Below, in pieces: positions 38,933 through 51,556 of a stretch of 64,000 bases of DNA. This DNA is from Eledone cirrhosa. Lineage: Eukaryota. The stretch's first letter is position 1; every line of letters begins with the position of its first letter. Below the pieces are notes generated by a model, which was not told where the DNA came from, ran no database searches, and saw nothing but the letters and a program-made list of their open reading frames with translations. The stretch lies in assembly GCA_964016885.1 (NCBI GenBank), contig OZ024743.1:173662001-173726000 (forward strand), read 5' to 3'. The position numbers were made by a program, and so were the translations under genes.

Positions 38933-39271
38933 ATATATTAGTAAAAAGGAAAAGAAAATGCTGACAAATTTTTCCCAGTGAAAAATAGTTTAATTAGGAA
39001 TAAGTATAAATTAGTAATAAGTATTGGTTAGTATTCAGTTTTAGTTTTAAGTTTTTACCGGTTGCGCATTTCTAATGCTTTTCAAAAATAATTTTGAGAT
39101 AGAGCGCTCGTGATGTTTGTTGAGCAAACATCACAAGCGCTCTATCTCAAACCGGTAAAAACTTAAAACTAAAACTGAATACTAACCAATACTTATTACT
39201 AATTTATACTTATTCCTAATTAAACTATTTTTCACTGGCAAAAATTTGTCAGCATTTTCTTTACCTTTTTA

Positions 39272-39280
<9 letters not shown>
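38933..39280. repeat. Fold-back palindrome without a recognisable hammerhead
   Basis: Arms TATTAGTAAAAAGG.../...CCTTTTTACTAATA, centre near 39121, about 30 extra bp in the left arm. Confidence 0.88.
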
Positions 39281-39332
<52 letters not shown>

Positions 39333-39407
39333 CTACTCTTAGTACGGCTGTTACTTAAATATAAGTATGTATACGTACATACATAAATGTATACAGACGT
39401 ACAGTAG

Positions 39408-39478
<71 letters not shown>

Positions 39479-39864
39479 GCACACATACATATATGTACGT
39501 ATGGATTCACCGAACATTTATTATAATGCCTGGTGTGTTTGTAAACAAACATCCCGAATTAAGCCGTACAGTGTCTAGCAACCATCGTTGCTCATTTGTT
39601 CAACATATACGTTTTGTACGGCTTTTGGAGGAAGGAGTGACCAGCAGTACGTTGTTCGGTATTATTACGAAATGGTGTAGCAGAGAATCCCACGTGAACT
39701 AACAGCTCGGGAGGAAACTGCTTACCTCGAAGATTCATTCGCCATCGTTCTTGTCAATGCTCCGTTTAGTTGGTATTTGTTGGTCTACAGTGAGATGAAT
39801 GGCGCACAAGGGTTAATGTTTATTGGCAAGAAGTGCAACTGGGCTGGCTTGCCTCGCTTATATT

Positions 39865-40340
39865 ATATATTAAAATAACAGATTAAAGTTTAAGCAAAGA
39901 ATCGCTGCTTTCACCCTTAACGGGATCTTCTGAAACTAAAAAAATCAATCTGTGAAAGCAGAAGTAAATATTTCGAAAAACGTTGCAGCCAAAGGAAAAC
40001 AGGAAGACGATATTTTGGTTCGTGAAGACGTTCCCTGGTAATGTACGGAAAATAGCGAACATAATACGTCATCAATGTTCGTCAGAATGTCGTAATGCAG
40101 ACAGCCAGGCATACAGACAGATATTATAAGAGCGCGACGGAGGAGGATAACCGGCGCCTAACACCTCTTTAACAACAGAAAATTGAAAAATAAGAGCTGC
40201 AGTTAATATCTTTAGACCATAAGGAATATATAAATGCAAGTTTGCAGTCAATCGGAGTAGAAATGTGGATTTGTATAGACTTTGCAAAAATGAGGACACA
40301 CACACACACACACAGACAACTACAGTTTTATATATATAGA
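39865..40340 (-). mobile_element. Non-autonomous Helitron, 5' portion
   Basis: A|TCTATATATATAAAACTGTAGTTGTCTG start; shares internal sequence with 10567-11107. Confidence 0.7.
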
Positions 40341-40354
40341 TATATATATAGGAA

Positions 40355-40405
40355 AGCTTCTACAGGACTAGAACTGTTTCATTCGGGAGAAATCATCAGG
40401 AAGCT
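40355..40405 (-). ncRNA. Type I hammerhead ribozyme with a full stem III
   Basis: AGCTTC-CTGATGA-TTTC TCCC GAAT-GAA-ACAG TTCTAGTC CTGT-A-GAAGCT; GUA triplet. Confidence 0.75.
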
Positions 40406-40639
40406 GACTATTCAAGTAAACACCAAGAAACTACTTACTGTGGTTAGCCCCGATTGAAACTGGAATAACTTATCTTTTAGCACTCCTAGTGCCCCTCTTA
40501 ATTATCACCAAGAAACTAGTTACTGTGGTTACCCCCAATTGAACCCGGAATAACTTATCTCTCTCTCTCTTTCTCTCTCTCTCTATATATATATATATAT
40601 TATATATATTATATATATCAATGATATTAATATATTATA

Positions 40640-40990
40640 TATATCAATGATATTAATAAATAGAAACTATATTTATAAAACCATATTTATTCTATTATAT
40701 ATATTTCAAGGGTACCAAAACTTTGATACGCTCTCATCAGATGAAATACAAAGTTTGTTTTATAAATATTGACATATCTAGGAATGAGACCTTAACGGTT
40801 CAAGTTTTACCTGGTATCTGATGAGAGCGTACCAAAGTTTTGGTACCCTTGAAATATAGATAATAAAATAAATATGTTTTTATAAATATACTTTCCATTT
40901 ATTAATATCATTGAAAACATGTTGAGTGCTTCGAATCTGTTATAAATATATATATTTGTTGAATTACCAACAAATTAACTATCCCTTTGC
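40640..40990. mobile_element. Fold-back element with two hammerheads (40688-40748 -, 40815-40865 +) and a one-sided tail
   Basis: CTGATGA-GAGCGTAYCAAAGTTTTGGTACCCTT-GAAA-TATAKATA in both orientations; arm ends resemble those of the 38395 element. Confidence 0.8.
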
Positions 40991-41004
40991 TTATATATTA
41001 TATA

Positions 41005-41835
41005 CGAGGTGTGTCAGAAAAGTTCCAGGGCTGATGTCACAAAAGATTTATTTCAAACCCAAACTTCACACTAAGAGTTTTCTCCTTCAAAGTAATCCCC
41101 CTGGAGTATGTAACTGTAATCTTAGCTCTCTGCAGCGATCAAACTTTTTTCTTCATAATTTTATATACATGTCCTCTGTTTCAGGTCGTCAAGAAATGAG
41201 CACAGAGCAACGAACAAACTTGAAAACTCCGTCAGAAGCACTGGGATTGCTGCAGCAAGTGTATGGAGATGAGACGATGTCACGCTCACGTGTTTTTAAG
41301 TGGTGCCAGAGGTTTAAAGAAGGACGCAAGGACGTGGAAGATGACCCCAGGAGCGGAAAGCCCTCAACAACCAGGACTGAGGTCAATGTTGAGCGCGTCA
41401 GGCAGATGGTGCGTAGCAATCGTCAGCTGACTGTTCGACTGATGGCAAATGAGCTGGACATGAATCGGGACAGCGTCTAGAAGATTCTCACTGAAGATTT
41501 GGACATGCGGAAAGTCTGCGCGAAGATGATGCCAAAAGTGCTGAACGATGACCAGAAAGGTCGACGCATGCAAGTGTGCCAGGACATCCTCGAGCGTCTT
41601 GAAACCGAACCAGACTTGCTAGGGACAGTCATCACCGGTGATGAGTCATGGATCTTCGAGTACGACCCGGAGGGAACCCGTTTTGAAGACGTGGACGACA
41701 TCAAAAAGATCATGACGCGGGAACTGCGGAGGATCCCGGAAGAGTCCTTCCAGGAGTGCATGCAAGCGTGGCAGAAAAGTGCATTAGACTCCGGGGGGAT
41801 TACTTTGAAGAAGAAAACTCTTAATGTGAAGTTTG
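41005..41835 (+). mobile_element. Mariner transposon remnant, internally deleted transposase
   Basis: TA plus TIR-like CGAGGTGTGTCAGAAAAGTTCC; VYGDETMSRSRVFKWCQRFKEGR, DDPRSGKP, VITGDESWIFEYDPE fused directly to GTRFEDV; internal stop. Confidence 0.9.
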
Positions 41836-42693
<858 letters not shown>

Positions 42694-43703
42694 TCAGGAA
42701 GCTTAATTAAGAATGTAGGATTCACATGCAGCAGCTGTGCTGAAACAGCAAGCAAACAGCCACAGGAAACAAGTACCACCAATCTCTGGGAGGGCCCTGT
42801 AGAAACAGTAGACAGCTTCTGCTACCTAGGTGACCGAATTAGCAACGGAGGTGGGTGCTCAGAAAGTACAATAACTAGGGTAAGAACGGGATGGAAGAAG
42901 TTTAGGGAACTACTACCACTGCTAGCTGCAAAAGGCTTCTCCCTCAGAATGAAAGGCAGACTGTATGATGCGTGTATCCGAACAGCGATGTTGCATGGTA
43001 GTGAGACCTGGGCGCTGAAGGTGGAAGACTTACGTAGATTAGAGAGAAACGAAGCCTGCATGCTCCGATGGATGTGTAACAGTAATATACGTGAACGACA
43101 AAGCATAAAGGAATTGAGAGAGAGACTGAGCATAAGAGGAATCAAATGCTGCGTGCAGGAGAGGCGGTTACGCTGGTATGGACATGTGATGCGTATGAAG
43201 GATGACAGCTGCATAAAAAGGTGCAGAGCACTAGAAGTTGATGGAAACCGCGGAGTGGGGAGACCCAAGATGACTTGGGATGAGGTGATAAAAGCTGACC
43301 TTACCCAACTACACCTCTCAAAGTCAATGACACACGACCGTGACTTCTGGCGTCACGCAGTAATACAGGGTACCCGACCTCCCATGGGTACATGCTGAAG
43401 CATATAAACAATATGCCCCCACTCCCCCCACCGCAAGGTGGTCGTGGAGGTGCCACGGCAAAAAAGCACCCAGCCCACACTGTAAAGTGGACGTGTAGGC
43501 GCCACGAAAAAGCACCCAGCACTCACTGTAAATGAAGTTGGTGTTAGGAAGGGCATCCAGCTGTAGAAATCAAGCCAGATCAGTTCCTGTATGAGCAAGG
43601 CATGGTCAGCCGACCAGACACTGCCCACAACAGGACAACCCGTCTAACCCATGCTAGCGTGGAAGAACGGACGTAAAACGGTGATGATGATGATGATGAT
43701 GAT
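42694..43703 (+). mobile_element. RTE LINE 3' fragment, near-identical to 25373-26380
   Basis: Same translation GFTCSSC...FCYLG...TRPPMGTC and same 3' UTR. Confidence 0.93.
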
Positions 43704-43817
43704 ATAATATATATATATATATATAATATATATAATATATATATATATATAATATATATAATATATATATATATATAATATATACATATATATAATATAT
43801 ATATATATAATATATAC

Positions 43818-43861
<44 letters not shown>

Positions 43862-43986
43862 GAAAGTGAACAACACAAAGTATAACAACTCCATTACCAA
43901 AGGTTTCAGGATCCCAGACAATATTAATATACGTCTGGATCGGTTTTCAGACAGAGATGTTATGGATAGAAAATATGAATTACCTA

Positions 43987-44040
<54 letters not shown>

Positions 44041-44536
44041 ATATATATTATACCCTTGCAAGCAGGGAAAAGCAGACGTAAAATGATGATATATATTATA
44101 TGAGGTTAACTTTGCCTTTCATCCTTACAGGGTCGATAAAATAAAGTACCAGTAATGCACTGGGTAATTGCTGGCCTTATGCCAAAAGTAGAAACAATTA
44201 TATATATATTATATATATATATATATATGTTATGTATATATTAATGACGTATTATATTCGTTTTTTCCCGTTCTTTGCCAGGGAACGTTTCCACGAACCA
44301 AAGTATCGTCTTCCTGTCTTCCTCCGGTTGCAACGTTTTTTGAAATATCCAGTTCTGCGTTTACAGATTGACTTTGTTAGTTTCAGAAGATCCCGTTAAG
44401 GGTGAAAGCAGCGATTCTTTGCTTAAACTTTAATCTGTTATTTTAATAAATATTTGCTCTACGGTTCTTATATATTTGATATATATTTATCCTTATCAAG
44501 CCCTCTTTGGATTTTAGTCTTCAAATTTATTATTAT

Positions 44537-44572
<36 letters not shown>

Positions 44573-44639
44573 CCAAACCTCCATTTGTCATATTTCTCTG
44601 ATTGAGTAACTTTTATCTGACCATTCTTTATATTCATAG

Positions 44640-44796
44640 GTACCGAGAAAGATTTCGAACAAAATATTTCAAAGCTCTAAAATCAAAAGAATCTTCCAAG
44701 TCTTTGGTTGGAAAAAATTGGTTTCTATTGAAGAAGGGACTGGATGATTTCCGAGATGGTTTGCCTCAAATAACTGATGGATCCTACTTTCTTGAA
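44640..44796 (+). CDS. FAM47E: FAM47-like gene, exon 2 (YRERFRTKYFK...NWFLLKKGLDDFRDGLPQ...YFLE)
   Basis: Acceptor TTCATAG; GLDDFRDGLP resembles the FAM47 N-terminal motif; donor GTATAT is weak but in frame with exon 3. Confidence 0.82.
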
Positions 44797-45769
44797 GTAT
44801 ATCACTTTATGTTATTATTGTTGGTGCAGAGAAAATACAAAACCATGTCAAGGACAGTGTTGATCAGGGAGTTTGACTGGGGCAATATGTTTTTAAAACC
44901 ATATCTGTGTCCTCCTGAGTCTGGCATTGTTGTGGTAAGGGGGCCTTGTGTGTTCCGTAAATCTAAGAGAGCATTACCGTCTGGAGCTTTGCTTCTGGTA
45001 GGGCCACCCTAGGCGGCTCGGTCTCCCGGGGAGGTTCCAGACCAACAGTGACCCACGGCATGTCAGCACACCAAGATGGCAGCCCCATCATCCAAGTATT
45101 CTGCAGAGGGCCAACAACCCGCTAATATGTTACAAAACTGACCAGGCAAGTTCAGTTTGGACTAAAGCCACATGTTGAACAAAAAGGAAATAGCTTGGTT
45201 GATCCTGTTTTCCAATTTAAATGTGAGCCATAAAAATATGATCCCTCAATCCTTTCTGAATAGCAGTGAGTTATGTGTTCTGCCAAGATGTGTCGGAAAA
45301 GTTACTACAGAGATAACTGGTCTGTGGTGACCAAGTATTTGCAATAATGTAACTTTTTTGCTCATTCAATGTCAGCTCTTCCTAAGATAAAGCTGTGTGG
45401 TTTTGATTAAAACTTACTTTATGGGAGCAATGTAAACAACTGGCAGAATCGGTAGAGGGTCGGACGCCATGCTTTGCAGCATACAGTTACGACTCTTGCC
45501 ATTCTGAGTTCAAATCCAGCCGAGGTTAAGTTACGGGATCGATAAAATAAAGTACCAGTAATGCAATGGGTAATTGCTGGCCTTGTGCCAAAAGTAGAAA
45601 CAATTATATTTAATATAAATTATTACTGAGTTTTATCATTTTTTGGGGGGGCCTGGGTTGTTTTTTTTATGGAAGTGGTGGTGGTGGTGGTAATGATGAT
45701 AATGATGGTGATGATGATGATGATGATATCTATATTTACTTTTTACATTTTGTGTTGTTATTATTATAG

Positions 45770-45961
45770 TCAAAGAATCTTAGGAAGATAGACACAGAGA
45801 GAACCCCAAAATACCAACGTTTTACTAAAGAACAAATCTGTTATTCAAAGAAGTTCCCTCTTGCTGAAGAAAGATGGAACAGACTTCAGTTGCTGGAATA
45901 CACCTTACTACAGCATCCTTTGGCCTTGTTTCCACATTTGGAATTATGTGTTGACAATAAG
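45770..45961 (+). CDS. FAM47E: FAM47-like gene, exon 3 (SKNLRK...FTKEQICYSKKFPLAEER...LLQHPLALFPHLELCVDNK)
   Basis: Acceptor TTATAG, donor GTAAAT, 192 bp; HPLALxPHLE resembles the FAM47 signature. Confidence 0.88.
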
Positions 45962-45999
45962 GTAAATATAATCTAGATTTCCAACATTGATTTCTGGAT

Positions 46000-46350
46000 T
46001 TCTACATAATCTTCTTCTTCTATGCCCACTTATTCCTGAGAGGGTTGTGGGGATAGATTCACTCCTTCCAGTGGGTCCTGTCAGAAGCAACCATCTCCAA
46101 CTGTTCAGGCTGGATCCCCAAGCGAGACCAGCCAAGCTCAGAGTCTACTCCTGTGTCTCTTGCCAGTTGGTTTTGCCCATAAAATCTGTCCAGTGATTCT
46201 TTCCTAGGACATTCTAACCACATGCCCATAATATCAGAGCTGTGATCTCTTAATTCAGAGGAGTAGCGGCTCTACCTGGAGAGACTCACTGATTTCCGAG
46301 CAACACATTCTATTGTGTACTATTACGCCAAAGAGGAGCCCCATGCCCAT
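46000..46350 (-). mobile_element. Old LINE C-terminal fragment (related piece at 16290-16460)
   Basis: HVVRM...QILWAKPTG-like translation; shared sequence GTCAGAAGCAAC...GACCAGCCAAGCTC. Confidence 0.55.
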
Positions 46351-46787
46351 AGTACCTAATGTGTCATCTGAATTTCCATCTGGATTTCTAAATAATTTGA
46401 TATCTGGATTTCCATAGAGTTTTTCATATAGTTTTTTGTTATTTTTTTACTGTTTAGTCAGAAAATGGAAGAGGCTACATGCATGATTATTTTCAGGGCT
46501 TCTAAAACTAGGGAAAATTAGGGAGGGAAGAGTGTATCTTCAAATTGGAGACCTTATTGGAACGTTGTCAATGGAGTGGACTTAACTAAAGGCACCCCAA
46601 AAAATAGATAGTGGTGTTAAACTGAATAACATGGCTGGGGGAGTAGAGTATTTGTAGTAACAATAGAACATATACAGAGAGCACATATTTGGGGCAGAGG
46701 CTGTTGTCTATGTCAACATAGCTGTCTAAGTACAAGCTTCATTTTTGTCACAGATTGTTTGTAAATAGAATACCATAATCGTTTCAG

Positions 46788-47023
46788 ACATTTCTGGATA
46801 TTGTCAAACTGGTGGATCCAGAAATGTATAATCCACAAGACTCTGATGGAATTGATACTTCTACAAAAAACAATGATGTTGGCAAGAATACTCCTCAGTC
46901 TACCACAAATGATGTTAAACCGAACTTGACTGAAGAGCAACATCATCAAACTGAGGAACAGATGCGAACGTCTGAAACAAAATCTAATTTTCCTGCTTCT
47001 GCACCTGGAGGAAGTCTTAATAA
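46788..47023 (+). CDS. FAM47E: FAM47-like gene, exon 4 (TFLDIVKLVDPEMYNPQD...GGSLN)
   Basis: Acceptor GTTTCAG, donor GTAAGT; IVKLVDPE follows the HPLAL motif as in FAM47. Confidence 0.82.
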
Positions 47024-47029
47024 GTAAGT

Positions 47030-47245
47030 CTGTTGAAACATTTGACATCTTGTGTTAAACTGTTGTGTTTTTAACATCTTGTGGTGGTCTGTTGTGTCTT
47101 TGACATCTTGTTGTGGTCTGTTGTGTTTTTGACACCTTGTGGTGGTCTGTTGCATTTTTGACATCTTGTGGTGGTCTGTTGAAACATTTGACATCTTGGA
47201 GTACACTGTTGTGTTTTTGACATCTTGGGGTACACTGTTGTGTCT
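47030..47245. repeat. About 30-bp intronic minisatellite, about 7 copies
   Basis: Unit TGACATCTTGTGGTGGTCTGTTGTGTTTT. Confidence 0.85.
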
Positions 47246-47276
47246 GTTATTTTAATGGTTTGTTGTATTGTTTCAG

Positions 47277-47370
47277 TGATGGTGACATGGTGCGTAACCC
47301 ATATCGATGGTTGACTAATAATGAAGACAACAAGGAACAAAAGAAAGGTGACAGAGTATCAGAATTACAT
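47277..47370 (+). CDS. FAM47E: FAM47-like gene, exon 5 (DGDMVRNPYRWLTNNEDNKEQKKGDRVSELH)
   Basis: Acceptor TTTCAG, donor GTAAGT, split codon AA|T in frame; no stop, so the gene continues. Confidence 0.78.
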
Positions 47371-47597
47371 GTAAGTTATACACTTAGATATCATACACAC
47401 AAACACACACACATAGAAGTTAAGGGCCGAAACACTCGCTTGAGGTGGGTTTCTTCTCTGGAGACCTTCTGCTCTCCAACTTACCACTTCTTACTATTTT
47501 ATATATATTTTCTGCTATTTCAACCTGATATATTCCTTCCATATACTGTACCAATTGTGTTGTTATTCGTTTACCTTTTTCATACATATATATATAT

Positions 47598-47935
47598 ATC
47601 ATCATCATCACCCTTTTACGTCCGTTCTTCCACGCTAGCATGGGTTAGACAGGTTGTCCTGTTGTGGGCAGTGTCTGGTCGGCTGACCTTGTCTTGCTCA
47701 CACGGGAACTGATTCTGGCTTGATTTCTACAGTTGGATCCTCTTCCTAACACCAACCTCATTTACAGTGAGTGCGGGGTGCTTTTTTGCCGTGGCACCTC
47801 CACGACCACTTTGCAGTAAACTGGAGCAATGTGAAATAAAGTGTCTTGCTCAAGGAAACAACACATCACTCGATCCAAGAATTTAACTCACAACCTTTCA
47901 ATTGCAAGCTCAATGCTCTAACCACTAAGCCTTCA
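47598..47935 (-). mobile_element. SINE family B variant with a longer RTE-type tail
   Basis: Reverse complement of head and core plus RTE 3' end with (CAT)n. Confidence 0.78.
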
Positions 47936-48332
47936 CAATATATACATACATATATATATATATACACATATATACATACATATATATACATATATATACA
48001 TATATATATATACATACATATATATATACATACATATATGATGGCTGCCCCCTCATTATCGAGTATGGCCATTGCACAATGTACCATTATTAATAATTAT
48101 GAATTAATTCTATCGTGCAATGCCTGTGCGTGAAGATATTTTTTAAAGTGAGGAAAGACTGTGCACTGAGCCAATCCCACATACATATATACATACATAT
48201 ATATACATACACATATATATACATACACACACATATATACATATACATACACATATATATATATATACATACACATATATACATATTCATATATATATAT
48301 ATATATATATACATACACATATATACATATTC

Positions 48333-48363
<31 letters not shown>

Positions 48364-48413
48364 CATATGAAATGTGAAATATAAGAATCAAAGAACTGTT
48401 CAAAACATTTTTG

Positions 48414-48461
48414 TGCTTACAACTGTTTCCTCCAAACCGAGGTTTGGATTCTTCGGAGCAA
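48414..48461 (-). ncRNA. Second copy of the CCGAAGA-core hammerhead-like motif
   Basis: TTGCT-CCGAAGA-ATCCAAACCTCGGTTTGGAG-GAAAC-AGTT-GTA-AGCA; lies in an element (about 48370-49160) whose tail matches 3370-3485. Confidence 0.62.
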
Positions 48462-49171
48462 TTTATTAGTGAATGAACAGTTATATGACCTCCTTTTCAC
48501 CCAAGAGACATACAGATACATATGCAAATATTGTGGGTCAACATTCATTACAGCATTTAGAGTGGCAGTACACACTTAGAGATTACATTCATATTAAAAG
48601 GTACAATAAAAAATACAGGTTAAAGTACAACATGAAAATAAGCGGTTATATAGTGCAAATGTTATATGCGTGGCAAGCACGTGCGTCTTGTTTATATAGT
48701 GTGGCAGAGAGTTACGTGTAGTAGAAGCACTTAGGTAGGTAAACAAGAGTGTTAGGTTGGTTGATCTGGTGGCAAATTCTTTATATGATTGTTATAGTCT
48801 GTGTGTGGAGAAATGATATAAGCATTAAAAATAGTGCAAGCATTAAAAATATTAAAAGTATTGGAAATGCACAGTGAAGGGATGTTATGGACTTCATGTA
48901 CTTCGACATTTTCATAGTCAGGGGAGTGTATTTTTCAGATTATATGCCCCCCACATAATCCACGACAATTCGATATTGAGCGTTTGACAATCCAGTTAGA
49001 GAATCGTAGTCTGATGTTCTTTAGTTCAATACTTAACTTACTGGTAATAAGGTAGTAATATATTACTGCCTACCACTATTTAGGGTTTGCATAAAAAATA
49101 TATATAACTGCAAAAGGTTTTTGTATTTACATAACCATAAATAGTATAATTAATACAGATACATACATATA

Positions 49172-50406
49172 TATGGTGGCTGCCAACTCGTTTTCGAGTA
49201 CGGCCACTACTTTATATCCATGTAGGAGAACCCCTACCGATGCGCTAAACAAGTGTAACTTTTTAGTTCAGCCAGCGACTTGAAAACTCTGGTACAAACA
49301 CTACACTTGTGACAATTATTGACACATAGTGCTGGGCCCATGGCACCATGTGACGACAAGTGCAGAGGGATCTCCAGATACAAAGCAATGCCTGTGCCGT
49401 GAAGCTTTTATAGTGAGCAAAGGTACTGCACAAAGCCAGTCCCACTCTCTTAACCAAGCTGATATTTACCAAAAAGAAGAACAAGTCAACATCATTGGAT
49501 ACCATCAGGGTTGCAGGTGTTATATCAGAGTTTTCCTTCTCCTAGAATTCTGCCTTGACAAAGGCTAAGGGGTCATCTCTCCCGGGTATATATATATATA
49601 CACATATATACATACATATATATACATATATATACATATATATATACATACATATACATACATATGCACATATTCATATATATATATATACATATACATA
49701 CATATACATGCACATACATATACATACATATATATACATATACATATATATATATATACATATAATACATATATATAAATATACACACATATATATATGG
49801 TGGCTGCCAACTCGTTTTCGAGTACGGCCACTACTTCATATCCATGTAGGAGAACCCCTACTGATGCGCTGAACGAGTGTGACTTTTTAGTCCCGCCAGC
49901 GACTTGAAAACTCTGGTACAAACACTGCACTTGTGACAATTATTGACATATAGTGCTGGGCCCATGGTACCATGTGACGACAAGTGCATAGAGATCTCCA
50001 GATATAAAGCAATACCTGTGCCGTGAAGCTTTTATAGTGAGCAAAGGCACTGCACAAAGCCAGTCCCACTCTCTTAACCAAGATGATATTTACCAAAAAG
50101 AAGAACAAGTCAACATCATTGGATACCATCAGGGTTGCAGGTGTTATATCAGAGTTTTCCTTCTCCTAGAATTCTGCCTTGACAAAGGCTAAGGGGTCAT
50201 CTCTCCCAGTGATTTTGGATGGCCATTGACTCTTAAGAGGTCCTTTGCCCTTTGACAGGTTTTGTTTTTAGTCCTGCAGGATGTCCAAAGTCACCCTCAT
50301 CACCAAGAAACCTTGGTGGGGTTGCCAGTTTAGTCGCCAACGACCTGACCATGAGACAGGTTGTACTGGGATACATGTTACCAGTAGCACCAACTGGTGA
50401 CCTGAC
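49172..50406 (-). mobile_element. Two tandem non-coding elements resembling an RTE 5' UTR (49172-49585 truncated; 49797-50406 full)
   Basis: Near-identical 410-bp segments; motif GGAGAAGGAAAACTCTGAT; relatives at 48039-48180 and 59848-60384. Confidence 0.65.
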
Positions 50407-50479
50407 ATAATATATATATATATACATATATATATACACACATATATATACATACATATATATATATACATATATATAC

Positions 50480-50513
<34 letters not shown>

Positions 50514-51556
50514 ATAAATACACATATATATACATATACATACACATATATATATACATACATATTCATATATATATACATACTCATATTAATACAATAA
50601 CAGAGATAGTTTAAAGCTAATCTCTGACTGGTAACCATCTCACTCAACAAACATTAGGTTATATTTTAATATAAACCCAATTTAAGTGTTTGGGGTGCTA
50701 ACAATATGTATTATGTGGAAAAGCCAGTTGTATTATTTTACGAGATATAATTAAAGTTAAAATATATCTCTCTTTCCAAACAATTGTTTCATTATAAGTT
50801 TTCTACAAATTCGGAGAATTTTTCCAGTTTATGTAGAAGCCTAATATACATTCATGTAAGAATATATTTAGGTGGGTGCTTAAAAATCATCAGTGGAAGC
50901 CCATTAAACTTTGATATAAGAAAACCATTTCTTACCAGAGTTAAAAATCGTGTGTGTTAAGTTGCTCCTTCCCGCATCGAATGACCGGCAAATTTGAAAT
51001 TCCAGCAGTTTTTGACTGAGGAAGTATCATAGCGTCACTAAGCGGGAAGGGGAGACAACTACGATCCACGAAAGGAGGAAAAAAAACAATAATATACACA
51101 CGGGTTAATCAGTTTTTCAAAAACATTATCAATCCAACGTGTTAAGAACTCAATTCAAATTAAAAAAATAAATATATGCGTGTATAAATTACACACGCAT
51201 ATAGATATTTTCTTAGGCTAAAAACAGAGGTTGTACCTGAATAAGAAACCGCATCTCGTAACCGTAGTAAATACGGAAAGTTATGCTTTAAAGGGCAAAT
51301 GGGAATGTAAATCTCCGGCCGAATTAAGAGTAAAATATAAAACACACGCTGGTTAATTAGTTATTTCAAAATTAATATCAATTCCTCGTGTAAAGAACTC
51401 AATTAATTTAAAACAATAAATGTATGCATGTAATTATATATATAGGCATATATATATTTTCTTAGGCTAAATATATATTTGATGAGTTGTAGTGCACCTG
51501 AGCACTTTACACAATAATTTCATTATTATTATTATATATACATACTCATATATATA

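Noticed and set aside
43443-43470. Pistol ribozyme (CGTGG...CCACG plus pseudoknot resemblance)
   Set aside because: Lacks the P2 and P3 stems and cleavage-site strand; kept only as a simple pseudoknot.
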